Assembly: GCF_004010195.1 (NCBI RefSeq)
Contig: NC_057753.1
Location: 4,305,779-4,369,778, forward strand
Direction: 5' to 3'
DNA from: Chiloscyllium plagiosum
Lineage: Eukaryota
Length of the DNA stretch: 64,000 nt
This document shows, in pieces, positions 1 through 12,614 of this stretch (positions are counted from its first letter, which is position 1; every line of letters starts with the position of its first letter). Position numbers and translations under genes: made by a program. The notes below the pieces were generated by a model. The model saw only the letters and a list, made by a program, of their open reading frames with translations. It ran no database searches and was not told the DNA's origin.

Positions 1-27
1 TGCCGTCACTCATGACAAGAGATTCAA

Positions 28-360
28 TTTTAGATTAGGTTAGGTTCCTTACAGTGTGAAGCAGGCCCTTCGTCCCAACAAGTCCACACCGACCCTCCGA
101 AGAGCAACCCACCAACCCTACATTTACCCCTGACTAATCCACCTAACACTACGGGCAATTTAGCATGGCCAATGCAAATCTTTGTGATGTGGGAGGAAAC
201 CGGATTACTGGTCTGGTTTCCTCTGTGGATTACCCGGAGGAAACCCATGCAGGCACAGGGAGGATGTGCAAACTCCACACAGACAGTTGCCTGCGGCGGG
301 AATTGAACTCGGGTGGCACTGTGAGGCAGCAGTGCTAACCACTGAGCCACCGTGCCACCC
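28..360 (-). mobile_element. HE1/V-type tRNA-derived SINE
   Basis: Minus-strand head GGTGGCACGGTGGCTCAGTGGTTAGCACTGCTGCCTCACAG with A/B-box-like motifs, central TGTGTGGAGTTTGCAC domain, CR1-like tail ending in AATCT repeats. Confidence 0.85.
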
Positions 361-364
361 CTAA

Positions 365-2015
365 CTGCTTAAGTAAACCACAGTTCCCTCGTTCGACCAC
401 TTCCTCCATGCCTAACAGGTACATACTTATCAAAGACATTCAGCAACTGTTCCTTGAACAAGCTCCACATTTCAACTGTGCTCATCCCTGCATTTATAAA
501 TCCTAAATCTTGCCTAATCGCATCTGAATTGCCTTCCCCCCCAGCTATAACTCTCACCATGCCATATATACCTATCCATTTACATTGCAAAAGTAAACAT
601 CACGGAATCATGGTCACGATCACCAAAGTGGTCATCGATCTTCAAATCTAATATCTGGCCCGGTTCATTCGCCAGTATCAAATCCCATGTATCCTCGCCT
701 TTTGTTGGCCTATCTACATACTGTGTCAGAAACCCTCCTGCACACATCGAACAAAAACTGACGCATCTAAAGTTCTCAAACTATGGTGTTTCCAGTTGGC
801 ATTTGGAAAGTTAATATCCACCATAACAACTACCCTGTTACTTTCGCACCTTACCAGAGTCATCCTTGCAATCCTTCCTTTACATCTCTAGAATTTTTTG
901 GAGGCCTATGGAAAACCCCAACGGGGTGACCTCTCCTTTCCTGTTTCTAACCTCAGCCCATATTATTCAGTAAATGAGCACTCAACCATCCTTTCTGCAA
1001 CAGTAATACTGTCCTGGACTAACAACGCCTCATCTCCTTCTCTTTTACCACATCTCCACTTCTTAATGAAAGATCTAAACCCTGGAACCTGCAATAACCA
1101 TTCCTGTCCCTGCTCTATCCATGTCTCCGAAATGGCCATAATACCAAAGTCCCAGGTACCAATCCATGCTGCAGGTTCAACCACCTTAGTCTGGATGCTC
1201 CTGGCATTGATGTCGACACATTTCAAACCACCTTCCTGCCTTTTTAGAGCATCTTGCGACCTTGAAACCTTAATTCTGACCTCTTTACTCCAAATCTCCT
1301 GGACACTGGAGCTACAATTTAGGTTCCTAGATTTAGTTGAAACCTTTCCCAAGAGCATTAGCAAATTGCCCCCATCACACCCCAGGATACTGTTACCCTT
1401 CTGGTTCAGGTGTACACCAGGAGAAAGTGAGGACTGCAGATGCTGGAGACCAAAGTTGAAAAGTGTGTGATTCTCCTGCTCCTCGGATGCTGCCTGGCCT
1501 TCAGGTGTACACCATCCTGTTTGTAGAGGTCCCATCTACCCTGGACTGAACCTTAGTTATCCAGGTATCCAAATCCATCCCTCCTGCACCGTCCCTGTCT
1601 CTCCCCATTCCTCTCTTCGCTAGCACATGCCACGTATAACAAACCAGGGATAAGAATTCTGTTTGTTGTAGCTTGAAGCTTCCACCCTCGTTCCCTGAAT
1701 TTCTGCCATACATTCCCCATTCCTTTCCTAACTATCTTATTGGTGCCTATGTGGACCACGACTTGGAGCTGCTCCCCCACCACGTCAAGGATACTGAAAA
1801 CACAATTCCAGACATCACGAACCCTGGCACCTGGGAGGCAACATGTCAACCACGGGTCTCTCGTGGACCCACAGAATCTCCTATCAGTCGCCTTAACTAT
1901 GGAGTCCCCAATGACTAATGCTCTGCTCCTCTCCCCCTTCCCTTCTGACAAACTCTGTGCCAGACACTTGCACCTCATCACTTACCCCCGGTAAGTCGCC
2001 TCCTAACAGTACCTC
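365..2015 (-). mobile_element. Degraded CR1 LINE: ORF1 SGNH-esterase and ORF2 AP-endonuclease region
   Basis: ALVIGDSIVK...CCLPGARV...VVVHIGTN (1553-1981); INARSI...AISETW...VPGFR (963-1535). Confidence 0.85.
1420..1499. mobile_element. Short Penelope-like terminal-repeat fragment with 15-bp TSD
   Basis: Begins GGAGAAAGTGAGGACTGCAGATGCTGG; flanked by ttcaggtgtacacca at 1405-1419 and 1500-1514. Confidence 0.7.
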
Positions 2016-2206
2016 GCAATGGTAAAGTCCTGGGGATTGCTACTGGACAAAGAGACCTTTGGAGTGCAGTTTCATAGATCCTTCAAAGTGAAGTCGCACG
2101 TAGATAGGACAGTGAAAGTGTTTGGTATGTTTACCTTTATTGGTCAGTGCATTGAGTATAGGATTTGGAGCTGTGCAGGACATTGGTTAGGCCACTATTG
2201 GAATAC

Positions 2207-3516
2207 TAGGCGAAAGTGAGGACTGCCGATGCTGGAGATTTGAGCCGACAGTGTGGTGTTGGAAAAGCACAGAGGTCAGAAAGCATCCACGGACCAGGAA
2301 AATCGACGTTTTGGGCAAAACAACCTTCATCAGGAATGAGGCTGGGGCCCTCGGGGGTGGAGAGATAAATGGCAGGGTGGAGGCTGGGGGAAGCTGGCTG
2401 AGAGTGCGACAGGTGGATGGAGGTGGGGGTAATGGTGATAGGTCAGAGAGTAGAGTAGAGTGGATAGATGGTAAGGAAGATGGACAGGTAGGACGGGTCA
2501 TGACAGCAGTGCTGAGGTGGAAGGTTGGAACTAGGATAAGGTTGAGGGAGGGGAAATGCCTTCCACATCCATTAAAGTTTCACCTGCACTTCCACACGTC
2601 ATTTACTGCAGCCGTTGCTCCCGATGCGTTCTCCTTTACATTGGGGAGACAGGATGCCTACTCGCAGAGCACTTGAGAGAACCTCTCTGGGACACCCGCA
2701 CCCACCAACCCCATCACTCTGTGGCTGAACACTTCAACTCCCCCTCCCGCTCGGCTGAGGATATGCAAGTCCTGGGTCTCCTCCACCGCCACTCCCTTAC
2801 TACCCGATGCCTGGAGGAACACCCCCTCATCTTCTGCCTCGGTGCCCTCCAACCCCATGGCATCAATATGGATTTCACCAGTTTCCTCATTTCCCCTCCT
2901 CACACCTTATCCCAGATCCAACCTTCCAACTTGGACTGCCCTCATTACCTGTCCTACCTGTCCATCTTTCTTTCGAACTATCTGCTCCACCCTCCCCTCC
3001 GACCTATCACCACTAATCACACCTCCATCCACCTATTGAACTCTCAGCTACTATGGAAGTCATTCTGGCAGTAATGTAGTTAACTTTGTGTTGCAATGCA
3101 TGCCCAGGATAATGTTACTGGGCTCCAGTAACAGAAATGGTATTGCATTGTGATAGATTAGTTAAATTACTGGGAGATGAGCTAATGTAGAAGATAACGG
3201 TGTTATAATATGATAGGTTAAGTGTGATGGAGGGAATCAGTGTGGCAGACGATGATTAGTTTAGAAAGACAAAGCAAGCCAGCATGATTGGTTATGCTAA
3301 TTTTATCTAATAAGCGCGGGAGGAACAACTGTATAAGTTCCAGAAGAACAAAGAGTTTGTGGGGAGTCAGGGAAGACATTTTGCTGAGTCCCACAGCTTT
3401 GGTTTTGCAAGATTAATGTTTAATTTCGTGAAGGACTTTCTGCGTCTCCTGGTAATTTTTTATAGAACATTGAATGATTCTTCCACAACACTACCTTCCC
3501 CCCAGCCCCATCCCTC
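2207..3516 (+). mobile_element. Penelope-like element fragment (GIY-YIG endonuclease plus inverted terminal repeat part)
   Basis: ORF 2556..3074 VIYCSRCSRC.LLYIGET..L.EH...VAEHFN is GIY-YIG-like; 2340-2556 is an inverted copy of the downstream tail; TSD ccactattg(g/a)aatac at 2192-2206 and 3517-3531. Confidence 0.8.
3052..3490. mobile_element. Probable solo LTR nested in the Penelope tail
   Basis: 439-bp insert splitting cagctac/cttcccc, 4-bp TSD ctac (3048-3051, 3491-3494), short inverted ends (tggaag-tcattc / gaatgattcttcca), ends in ACA. Confidence 0.6.
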
Positions 3517-5654
3517 CCACTATTGAAATACAACGTGCAATTCTGTCTCCCTGTTATAGGAAGGATGAAACTTGAAAGCGTTCAGAAAAGATTGACAAGG
3601 ATTTTGCCAGGGTTGGAGTGTTTGAGCTGCAGGGAGAAGCAAAACAGACTGGGGCCATTTTCCCTATAGCGTTCGAGGCCGAGGGATGACCTTGTAGAGA
3701 TTTGTAAAATTGTGGGATGCATGAATAGGGTAAAAAGACAAGGCCTTTCTTCGGAGTGGGGTGAGCCCAAAACTAGAGGGCACAGCTTTAAGATGAGAGG
3801 GGAAAGAGTTAAAATGAAGCTAAGGGGGTGACTTTTTCACGTAGATGGTGGCGCATATTTGGACTGTGGAGGCTGGTACAATTACAACATTTGAAAGGTA
3901 TGTGGATAGGTCTGTGAGTAGGAAGAATTTGGAGGGATAAGGGCCTAGTTCTGGCAAATGTGATTAGATTTATTGAGTATATCTGGTCAGCATGGGCGTG
4001 TTGGACCGAAGGGCTTGTTTCCGTGCTGAATATCTCTATGAATCAACAAATCTATGGTAGAATGTATATCAGATTCTTTTTCCCAGGGTGGAAATTCCAT
4101 TTACTAGGGGACATGGGTTAAAGTCAAAAGGGAGTATTTTTAAAGAGATGTGAGAGGGACTTATTTCACGGAGAGGATGATAAGTATACGGAATGTGGGG
4201 GGTGGGTAGGCGAATACAACAACAATTCAAAAGAGACATCTAGACAAATTATGGTGAGGCAGTGAATAAAGGGACATGGCTCGTGTAAAGGCATGTTTTT
4301 TTTAGTATGAATGATATCATGTATCAGCACAGTTTTGGCGGCCCAAAGAACCTTGACCTATGTTGTACAGTTCTTTATTCCCTTTATTCCTTGCTTTGTC
4401 TGCACAGATATTGCCAGACCTGCTGAGTTTTTCCAACAATTTCTGTTTCATTCAACAAACTTCTTATTGACTATGAAGCATCGTTTACAGAAGCCCAAAA
4501 TGAGTGGCGGGGAGAAATGAAATAGATTAAAGAAATTGTAAGTGCGGTGCATTAATTTTCAGCAGCGGCAGTGTTGAGATTGCGGACCAGGGTGCTGCTG
4601 GGAAGGTAAATTTTGCTGTTAAACCCTTACCTCGTGAATGGTTGGAGCGAAGGCCCAACAGGAGTGGACCCTCAACAGGCTCAACCCGGGGGACTGCTGG
4701 GTATCTGAACTGATATGTTCGGACTGGGACTGAACCCGAGGCACTACACGTGTCGTGTTTCCCACCCTTCCTCCTCTTCTAACCACACAAAGAAGACCCT
4801 GAGTGGAGGGTTGTTATGGTAAGCTTTTTTAAAAAATGCAATCTCTCTTGGCAAATTCTAGCCGAGGGGATGGAGGATATGGCAGTTGCATGCTCCTCTT
4901 GCAGGATGTTGGAGGTAAGAGTTACCACTAGTGAATTCATCTGTACGAAGTGCATCCAACGCCAGCTCCTCACAGACGACGTTAGGGAACTGGAGCTGGA
5001 TGAACTTTGGATCTTTCAAGAGGTTGCGCGGGCGATAGTGAAGAGTTATAGGGAAGCCATCACACCTAAGTTGCAGATTACAAGTAGCTGGGTGATCGTT
5101 AGGAGAGGGAAAGGGAATACGCAGCCAGTGCAGGGCCCCACTGTGGTCGCTCCCTCAACAATAAGTATACCATTTTGGACACTGTTAGGGGGAGTGACCT
5201 ACAAGGGGAACACCTCAGTGGTAAGGTCTCTGGCAGTTACCCTGGCTGTGTGGCTCAGAAGGGAAAGGAGACGAGCAGGAGAGCGATAGTGATATGAGAT
5301 TACACAGTGAGAGGGACAGACATGCGATTCTGTCGTTAAGAACGAGACTCCCAGATAGTCCATTGCCTCCTGGGTGCAAAGGTCAGGAATGTCTCGGATC
5401 GAGTCTTTCGGATTCTTAAGGGGGAGGAAGGGCAGCTAGATGTGGTATACATCGATGCCAGTGGCATAGCTTTGAAAATGGATGAGGACTTGAAAAGTGA
5501 CTATAGGAAGTTAGGTTGGAAGCTAAAAGGCAGGACAAGCAGAGTAGTAATCTTAGGATTGCTACTGGTGCCATGGGCTACTGAGGCTCAGAACAGAAAG
5601 CGAATGCAGCTGAACCTATGGCTACAGTACTGGTGTAGGAGGGGGTCGATATGT

Positions 5655-6302
5655 TGATTCGTCCTGGTGAGTTGTTGTCTGAGAGTGGCTGTTGGTTTGT
5701 GTGCGGTTATGGGTCCTAGTGGTCGTAGTAGTCTGGCTGTCAGTTCAGAAATGTTCTTGATGTATGGTAGTGTGGCTAGTCCTTTGGGTTGTGGTATGTC
5801 CTCATTCTGTTGTCTTTCCTTTAGGCATCTGTTGATGAAAAACACTACGTAGGACAAACAGGAAGACAGCTAACAATCAGCATCCATGAACACCAACTAG
5901 CCACGAAACGACACGACCAGCTATCCTTAGTAGCCACGTACGTGGATGACAAGCAACATGCGTTCGACTGGGACAACACTACTATTATAGGACAAGCCAA
6001 ATAGAGAACAGCCAGGGAATTCCTAGAGGCATGGCACTCAGCCACAGATTCAATCAATAAGCACATCGACCTGGACCCAATATACCGACCACTGCAACGG
6101 ACAGCTGGAACTGACAACTGGAAGCGGCAGATTCAAACTACTATAAATGCCAGAGGAAACATCACAGAAGCACTTCACAGGAGGCTCCCAATCACTGAGG
6201 AGGTCACCTAGACAGGGGACGAAACATCTGCAACACACATTCCCAGCTCGGCGAACAGAACCACAACAACGAGCACCCGAGCTACAAATCTTCTCCCAAA
6301 CT
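5655..6302 (+). mobile_element. Penelope-like element 3' fragment with 5' inversion
   Basis: + strand YVGQTGRQL..IHEHQLA..HAFDWDN..AREFLEAWHS (GIY-YIG) from ~5845; 5655-5842 is the preceding linker (LATLPYIKNISE..) on the opposite strand. Confidence 0.85.
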
Positions 6303-7249
6303 TTAATGTAAGAAATATCAGCAATAAGGGTGATGACCGCAGAGGACCGATTACTACTTGTAACTATGATATTGTGGTCATTACTGTTGACTTGAATGTT
6401 CCAGTGTTTAAGTGTTTCAAAAGGAATGGGGGTGAGGGGTGAGGTAAAAGAGGTGGGGGCGAGGCATTGCTTATTGTCTACTGAGACACTATGGGTAGAG
6501 GTCAGAAACAGGAAAGGAGCAGTCACTTTACTGGGAGCTTTCTACAGACCCCACAATAGCAACAGAGACACGGTGAAGCAGATTGGGAGGCAGATTTTGG
6601 AAAGGTGCAAAGTACAAGGTTATTGTCATATGACTTTAACTTCCCTCCTATTGATTGGAAGCTCCTTAGTTCAAATAGTTTATATGGAACAGTTTTTTGT
6701 CAGGTTTATCCAGGAAGGATTCCTGACTGAATATGTAGATAGGCCTACTCGGGGTTGGAGGCGGTGGTGGCCATATTGGATTTGGTGCTTGGCAACGAAC
6801 CAGGCCAGTTGTCAGTGGGACACCTCTGTGGGAGAGCGTTTCAGTGATAGTGGTCACAATTCCCTGAGCATTACAATGGTCATGGCGAGGGACAACGGCA
6901 GCTGGTATGGGAAAGTGTATAATTGGAGAAGGGGCTATTAGATAAGAACTGGGGCTCCTAAATTGGGAACAGGAGTTCACAGGAAAACGAGGAGGTTTTT
7001 TTTTTCAGGGAGGACTTGCTGATAGTGCTGGATGCGTTTATCCATTGAGGCAAGGAAGGGGTGGTAGGATGAAGGAACCTTGAGCGACAAGAGATGTGGA
7101 ACATCAAGTCAAAGAGGTAGATGGAAGTTTACTCAAGGTTGAGGAGGCAAGAATCTGACAGGGTTCTAGAAGGTTATACGGTAGCCAGCAAGGAACTGAA
7201 AACTGGACTGAGGAGAGCTGGAAGTGGACATGAAAAACCTTTATCGGGT

Positions 7250-8210
7250 AGAACAAGGACCGAAGAACAAAGAAAATTACAGCACAGCAATAGGCCCTTT
7301 GGCCCTCCAAGCCTGCGCTGATCCTGACCCTCTATCGAAACCGGTTGCCTATTTTCTCAGGATCTGTATCCCTCTGCTTCCTACCCATTCATGTATCTGT
7401 ATAGATACATCTTAAATGACGCTATCGTGTCCGCCTCTACCACCCCCACTGGCAGCTCATTCCAGGCATCCACCACCCTCTGCGTAAAGAACTTTCCACG
7501 CACATCTCCCCTAAACGTTTCCCCTCTCACCTTGAACTCATGACCCCTAGTAATTGAGTCTCCCACTCTGGGAAAAACTTCTTGATGCCTATATCTCTCA
7601 CGACTTTGGAGAACAAAATCAGGTTCCCCCGTCAACCTCCGTCTTTCTAATGAAAATAATGTTAATCTGCTGAACCTCTCTTCATAGCGAGCTCCCACCA
7701 TACCACGCAACATCTTCGTTAACCTCCTCTGCACCCTCTCCAAAGCATCCACATCCTTTTGGTAATGTGGTGACCAGAACTGCACGCAGTACTCCAAATG
7801 TGGCCGAACCAAAGTCTTATACACTGAGAACATGACCTGCCAACTCTTGTACTCAATACCCCGTCCAATGAAGGAAAACATGCCGTATGCTTACTTGACC
7901 ACTCTATTGACCTGCCTTGCCACCTTCGGGGTACAATGGATGTGAACAACTAGATTTCTCTGTACATCAATTCTCCTCATTACTTGTTCATTTACGGTGT
8001 AGTTTGCTCTTGAATTGGATCTTCCAAAATGCATCACCTCGTATTTGCCCTGATTGAACTCTATCTGCAATTTCACTCAACTGTCAAATCCACCTATAGT
8101 CTGCTGTATTCTCTGGCAGTACCCTTCACTATCTGCTCCTCCACCAATCTTAGTGCCTTCTGCAAACTTGCTAGTCAGACCACCTACACCTCCCTCCTGA
8201 TCATTTATGT
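7250..8210 (-). mobile_element. 5'-truncated CR1 LINE inserted antisense in the larger CR1
   Basis: ORF 7381..7881 LVRPHLEYCVQFWSPH..LERVQRR..FFTQRVV. Confidence 0.85.
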
Positions 8211-8246
8211 AGGATTAACTAAGATCCTAAGGCATTCTGTACTCCA

Positions 8247-8598
8247 TGTGGTGGCATGGTGTGTCAGTATTTAGCACTGCTGCTTCACAGCGCCAGGTTC
8301 AATTCTAGCCTTGGGCGACTGTCTGTGTGAGGTTTGCACATTCTCCCCGTGTCTGCGTGGGTTTCCTCCGTGTGCTTTGGTTTCCTCCCACAATCTAAAG
8401 ATGTGCAGGCTACTTGAATTAGTCATGCTAAATCGTCCATAGTGTTCAGTGATGTGTAGGTAAGGTGCATTAATCTGGGTAAATATAGGATGCTAAGGAT
8501 AGGGGAAATGGGTCTGGATGGCTTGCTCTTCAGATAGTCGGTGTGGACCTGTTGGGCTGAAGGGCCTGTTTCCACATTGTATGGATTCTAATTTCTAA
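8247..8598 (+). mobile_element. HE1/V-type SINE (SINE A)
   Basis: ggtggcatggtg..ttagcactgctgcttcacagcgccagg head; ggtgtggacctgttgggctgaagggcctgtttccaca tail. Confidence 0.85.
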
Positions 8599-10557
8599 TT
8601 ATGTGAGGAATAAGAGAATGACCAGAGTGAGGGTCTGGCTCATCAAGACTAGTGGGAGTAACCTTTTCCTAGAGTTGAAGGAGGTAGGAGACGTCCTTTA
8701 TTGAATACCTTTCTTCAGTGTTCACTACTAAGAGGGACCTTCTCGTTTCTGAGGACTGCGTGAAAAAAAAACAGGCTGATGTGCTCGCACATGTTGATGT
8801 TATGAAGGAAGATGTGTTGAAAATTTTGCAAAAATAAGCATCAGGGTAGATAAGATTTTGAGCCCAAAGGGAGATACCCAAGTTTGCTACAAGGAAGCAA
8901 GGGAAGAGGTTACTGCATCTTTGATAATGAACTTCACTGTTCACTGAAGTAGTGTCTGCTGATTGGATGATGGCAAGTGTTATTCCCTTGTGCAAGAAAC
9001 GGACTAGGGATAATCTTGGTAATTGCTGACCTGTCTATGGTGGGCAATTTATTGGACAGGATTTTGACGGACAGCATTTATGACTATTTCGAAAACAGTC
9101 ATTTGATTACAGATGGTCAACGTGACTTTGTGAAGGTCATGTCCCACAGGCATTATTAAATTCTTTGAGGGTGTGATAAAACACATCGATGAACGTCGAG
9201 CAGTGCATGCATTGTATGCGGATTTTTGCAAGACGTTTGATAAGTTTCCCCATGGTGGCTCATTCAGAAACTAAGGACGCATGGGATACAGGAAAATTTA
9301 GCTGTCTGGGTACAGAATTGGCTGACCCATAGAAGAGAGAAGGTGGTAGTGGCTGGGAAGTATTCAGCTTGGAGCTCGGTAACTGAAGATCTGCAGGGGT
9401 CTGTTCTGGGCCCTCTGCTCTTTGTGATTTTTGTAAATGACTTGGATAAGGAAGTGGAAGGGTGAGTTAGTAAGTTTTCCGATGACACGAAGGTAGGTGG
9501 AGTGTTGATAGTGTGGAGGGCTGTCATAGTTGGTAAAGGGACATTGACAGGATGAGGAATTGAGCTGAGAAATGGTACTTGGAGTTCAACACGTAAAAGT
9601 GTGAAGTGATTCATTTTGGAAGCTCGAATTTAAATGCAGAACACAGGGTTAAAGGCAGGATTCTTGGCGTTCTCGACAAACAGAGGGATCTTGGTATCCA
9701 TGTCCATAAATTCCTCAAAGTTCCCACCGAAGTTGATAGGGTTTTGAAGAAGGTGTATGGTGTGTTGTCTTCCATGAACAGAGGAATTGGGTTTAATAGC
9801 CGCCAGGTTATGCTGTAGTTCTGTCGAACCCTGGTTCGAGCACTGTTGGAATAATGTGTTCAGTTCTGGTCACCTCATTGCAGGAAGGATGTGCAAGTTT
9901 TAGACAGACCGCAGAGGAAATTTACCAGCATGCTTCCTGGACTGGAGGATATGTCTTGTGAAGAAAGGTTGAGGGAGCTGAGGCATTTCTAATTGGAGGG
10001 AAGAAGGATGAGAGAAACAACTTGATAGAGATGTACAAGGTGATGAGAGGCATAGATAGAGTGAATAGTCAGAGGCTGTTTCCTCGGACAGAAATCACAA
10101 AGGAGCATAAGTTTAAGGTGATTGGGCGAAGGTTCGGGGAGATGTCAGAAGGTTGGTTCTTTACACAGAGAATGATGGGTCCGTGGAATGCACTGCTAGC
10201 AGTAGTGGTAGAGGCAGATACATGAGGGACATTTAAGCGACTCTTGGATAGGTGCATGGATGATAGTTAAGTAAAGGGAAAGTGTGTTAGTTGATCTTAG
10301 AGTGGGATAAAAGGTCAGCACAAGGGCCGAAGAGCTTTATTGTGCTGAACTGTTCTATGTTCTATGCTCCACGTTCTTGAGGACAGATGGTATTCAGCTG
10401 AATCAATTTCATTGACAAGGTTCGCTGCATATTTGCAACCTTTTGAAAATTAAGTGAGGAAACTGAAGGATGTTGTGCGTAACTTAAAGAGAAAATATTG
10501 AATATTGGACTCATTGTAAACTAGAGGAAGCCCGTTTCAAAAGTGATTATGGAAGTT

Positions 10558-10690
10558 GGGAGAAAGTGAGGACTGCAGATGCTGGAGAATCAGAGTCAAA
10601 ATATGTGCTGCTGGAAAAACGCAACAGGTCAGACAGCATCTGACGATCAGGACCGTCGACGTTTCAGGCAAAAGCCCTACATTAGGAATC
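10558..10690. mobile_element. Penelope-like terminal-repeat fragment
   Basis: GGAGAAAGTGAGGACTGCAGATGCTGG start; duplicated at ~43796-43922. Confidence 0.65.
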
Positions 10691-12099
10691 CCACACAGGT
10701 TTGCTTGCATCTTTTCTGTTTAATAAATATAGTTCATGTGAATGTTCGTACCTCACGGTCAAGTATATCGCGGCTGAACCTTCATGAATTCAATATACTG
10801 GACAGCAAATTCTTACAGATAGGGTATAACTAATTAGCTTGATCAAAATTTTGCAAGACTTAACATGTATTAAATGAAAGCTACACTGAAGAGCAGTTGT
10901 GGAAACCCAATACTAAAAGAGAGGGCATTAAATCCAAGCCATCAGCTGTGGATATAAACAATAGGAGATTCTAAGTGGTTCTTTGGTGCGCCGGTAGACA
11001 CCAGGTGAAACCTGAAGAGGGAATGGTCACCATGGACAAGAAAGTCAAATTGTGAGTGACTGTACCTGTGAACCTGACAAAATTGCAGGAAGCGACGTTT
11101 TTGATGATTTAGATTCATCAAACACTAACTCCTTTATCCATAGATGGAGTACGATATCCAGTTCATTGATAATATCCAGAATTTCTGGCCTACAATCAGG
11201 CTGTCAGACCATACAATTCCAATTTCGTTCATCAATGACTCATCAGAATTTATGGACAGAGAGCGAGACAGACAGATAATGCAGAGGAGGACGGGAAGAT
11301 AGATAAAGAAAGAGGAAAGGTATCGAGACTTGAAAAATGTGGGAGATAGAGAACAAATACATGAGAAATGGATAGGTGGGAGTAGGCTGGATGGAGGAAA
11401 GGTAAACAGAGAGGGAGGGTAAATATCATAGCTCATGAAGAGACACTGATCAGGCGCTTTTAGAGACGAGTTCACATAATACAAGTGTAAAGGTTCAAAT
11501 CAGAATATATTGAGACAGCTCAGCAGAAGATACTTGAAATCTGACAGAGAAGCGAAGTCCAGATACCAGCATCTCAGAGTGCAATGATGTTCATAATCTG
11601 CTGCGAAGGATCTGGAACTGATGATAGTTTGGATTGTGCTGCAATCAATCTGGTATGTTGCCAGCCCATCACCTGTCATTGGAAGAAAGCACCTTTGATT
11701 CTTCTTCCAAGATGTCAGAGCACTAGGGGGTGTGTTCCTCTTTGGAAAAGCTGGTCCATTCTGTCTGTTGGGCTCCTTAATTTGCAACCATTTCCCTTTG
11801 TCTTTTACAGGTCTCAGAATGTGTTGCATTTCACGTTAGAATGTAAGAAGCTTACCTGTAAGGTCTCACAACACATTGAAGTACCAAAAATTCATTATGC
11901 TGAATTTGGCTAGCCTGTTCTGCATTGCCCATTCTATACTTCGGCATTCTTTATCTTCAGCGTGATATCCTGAAATTGATCCCTGCAGGAGACAGTATGC
12001 AGCAGGGCAACAAAGCAGGGCTGATGTTATTGACCTACAATTAAGTATCGACTTTATTTCCTAAGTCTGTCCACAGGTGCTATTCCCTCATGTCTATTT

Positions 12100-12425
12100 T
12101 TCCCTTATACATTCATGGGATGAGGGCGTCACTGGCTAGGCAGCATTTATTGCTCATCCCTAATTGGTGTGGGTCTGGAGTCACATGTAGGCCAGATCAG
12201 GTTAGGATGGCAGTTACCTTCCCTAAAAGACATCGGTCAACCAAATGCATTTTTCCAGCTTTCGACAATGGATTCATGGTCATCTTAATCTTTTAATTCC
12301 AGAGTTTTGTTGATTTCAAATTCCACCATCTCTCGCAGCTGGATTCGACACCTGGCCCCCTAGAACTTTATCTGGATCTCTGGATTAACAATCCGGCAAT
12401 AATATTACTCAGCCATCGCTTCCCC
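12100..12425 (-). mobile_element. Deu-domain type SINE (SacSINE1-like)
   Basis: gggtctggagtcacatgtaggccag..ttccctaaa..ttcaaattccaccat core as I recall it from shark Deu-SINEs; absent at the homologous site near 27155. Confidence 0.6.
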
Positions 12426-12614
12426 TACGAAATTAAATTACTGCTAATCATGCGAGAGATGGTGGAATTTGAAATCAGCAAAACTCTGGAATTAAAAGAT
12501 TAAGATTACCATGAATTCATTGTCGAATGTTGGAAAAATGCATTTGGTTCACCGATGTCTTTTAGGGAAGGTAACTGCCATCCTTACCTGATCTGGCCTA
12601 CATGTGACTCCAGA
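12174..12614. repeat. Inverted repeat, ~164-bp arms, ~113-bp spacer
   Basis: 12174-12337 (tctggagtcacatgtag..ccaccatctctcgca) is the near-perfect reverse complement of 12451-12614 (tgcgagagatggtgg..catgtgactccaga). Confidence 0.9.

Larger units (their letters stand above)
2016..4045 (+). mobile_element. CR1 LINE 3' part, interrupted by a Penelope-like insertion
   Basis: RT C-terminal sequence (..IGQCIEY..RPLLEY..) breaks at 2206 and resumes at 3517; ends in the CR1 tail ggaccgaagggc..tctctatga. Confidence 0.8.
4500..10375 (+). mobile_element. Near full-length degraded CR1 LINE (5'UTR, ORF1 zinc finger/zipper + esterase, ORF2 EN-RT, tail) with three nested insertions
   Basis: AVACSSCRM..FICTKC (4816-5289), esterase remnant to ~5650, ETLWVEVRN..FYRP (6396-), tether GHEK..GR / DPKAF / YVRNK continuous across inserts, RT and ttctatg tail at ~10350-10370. 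Confidence 0.8.

Noticed and set aside
28..360. tRNA-like sequences in SINE heads
   Set aside because: SINE-derived A/B-box regions, no complete cloverleaf; not tRNA genes.
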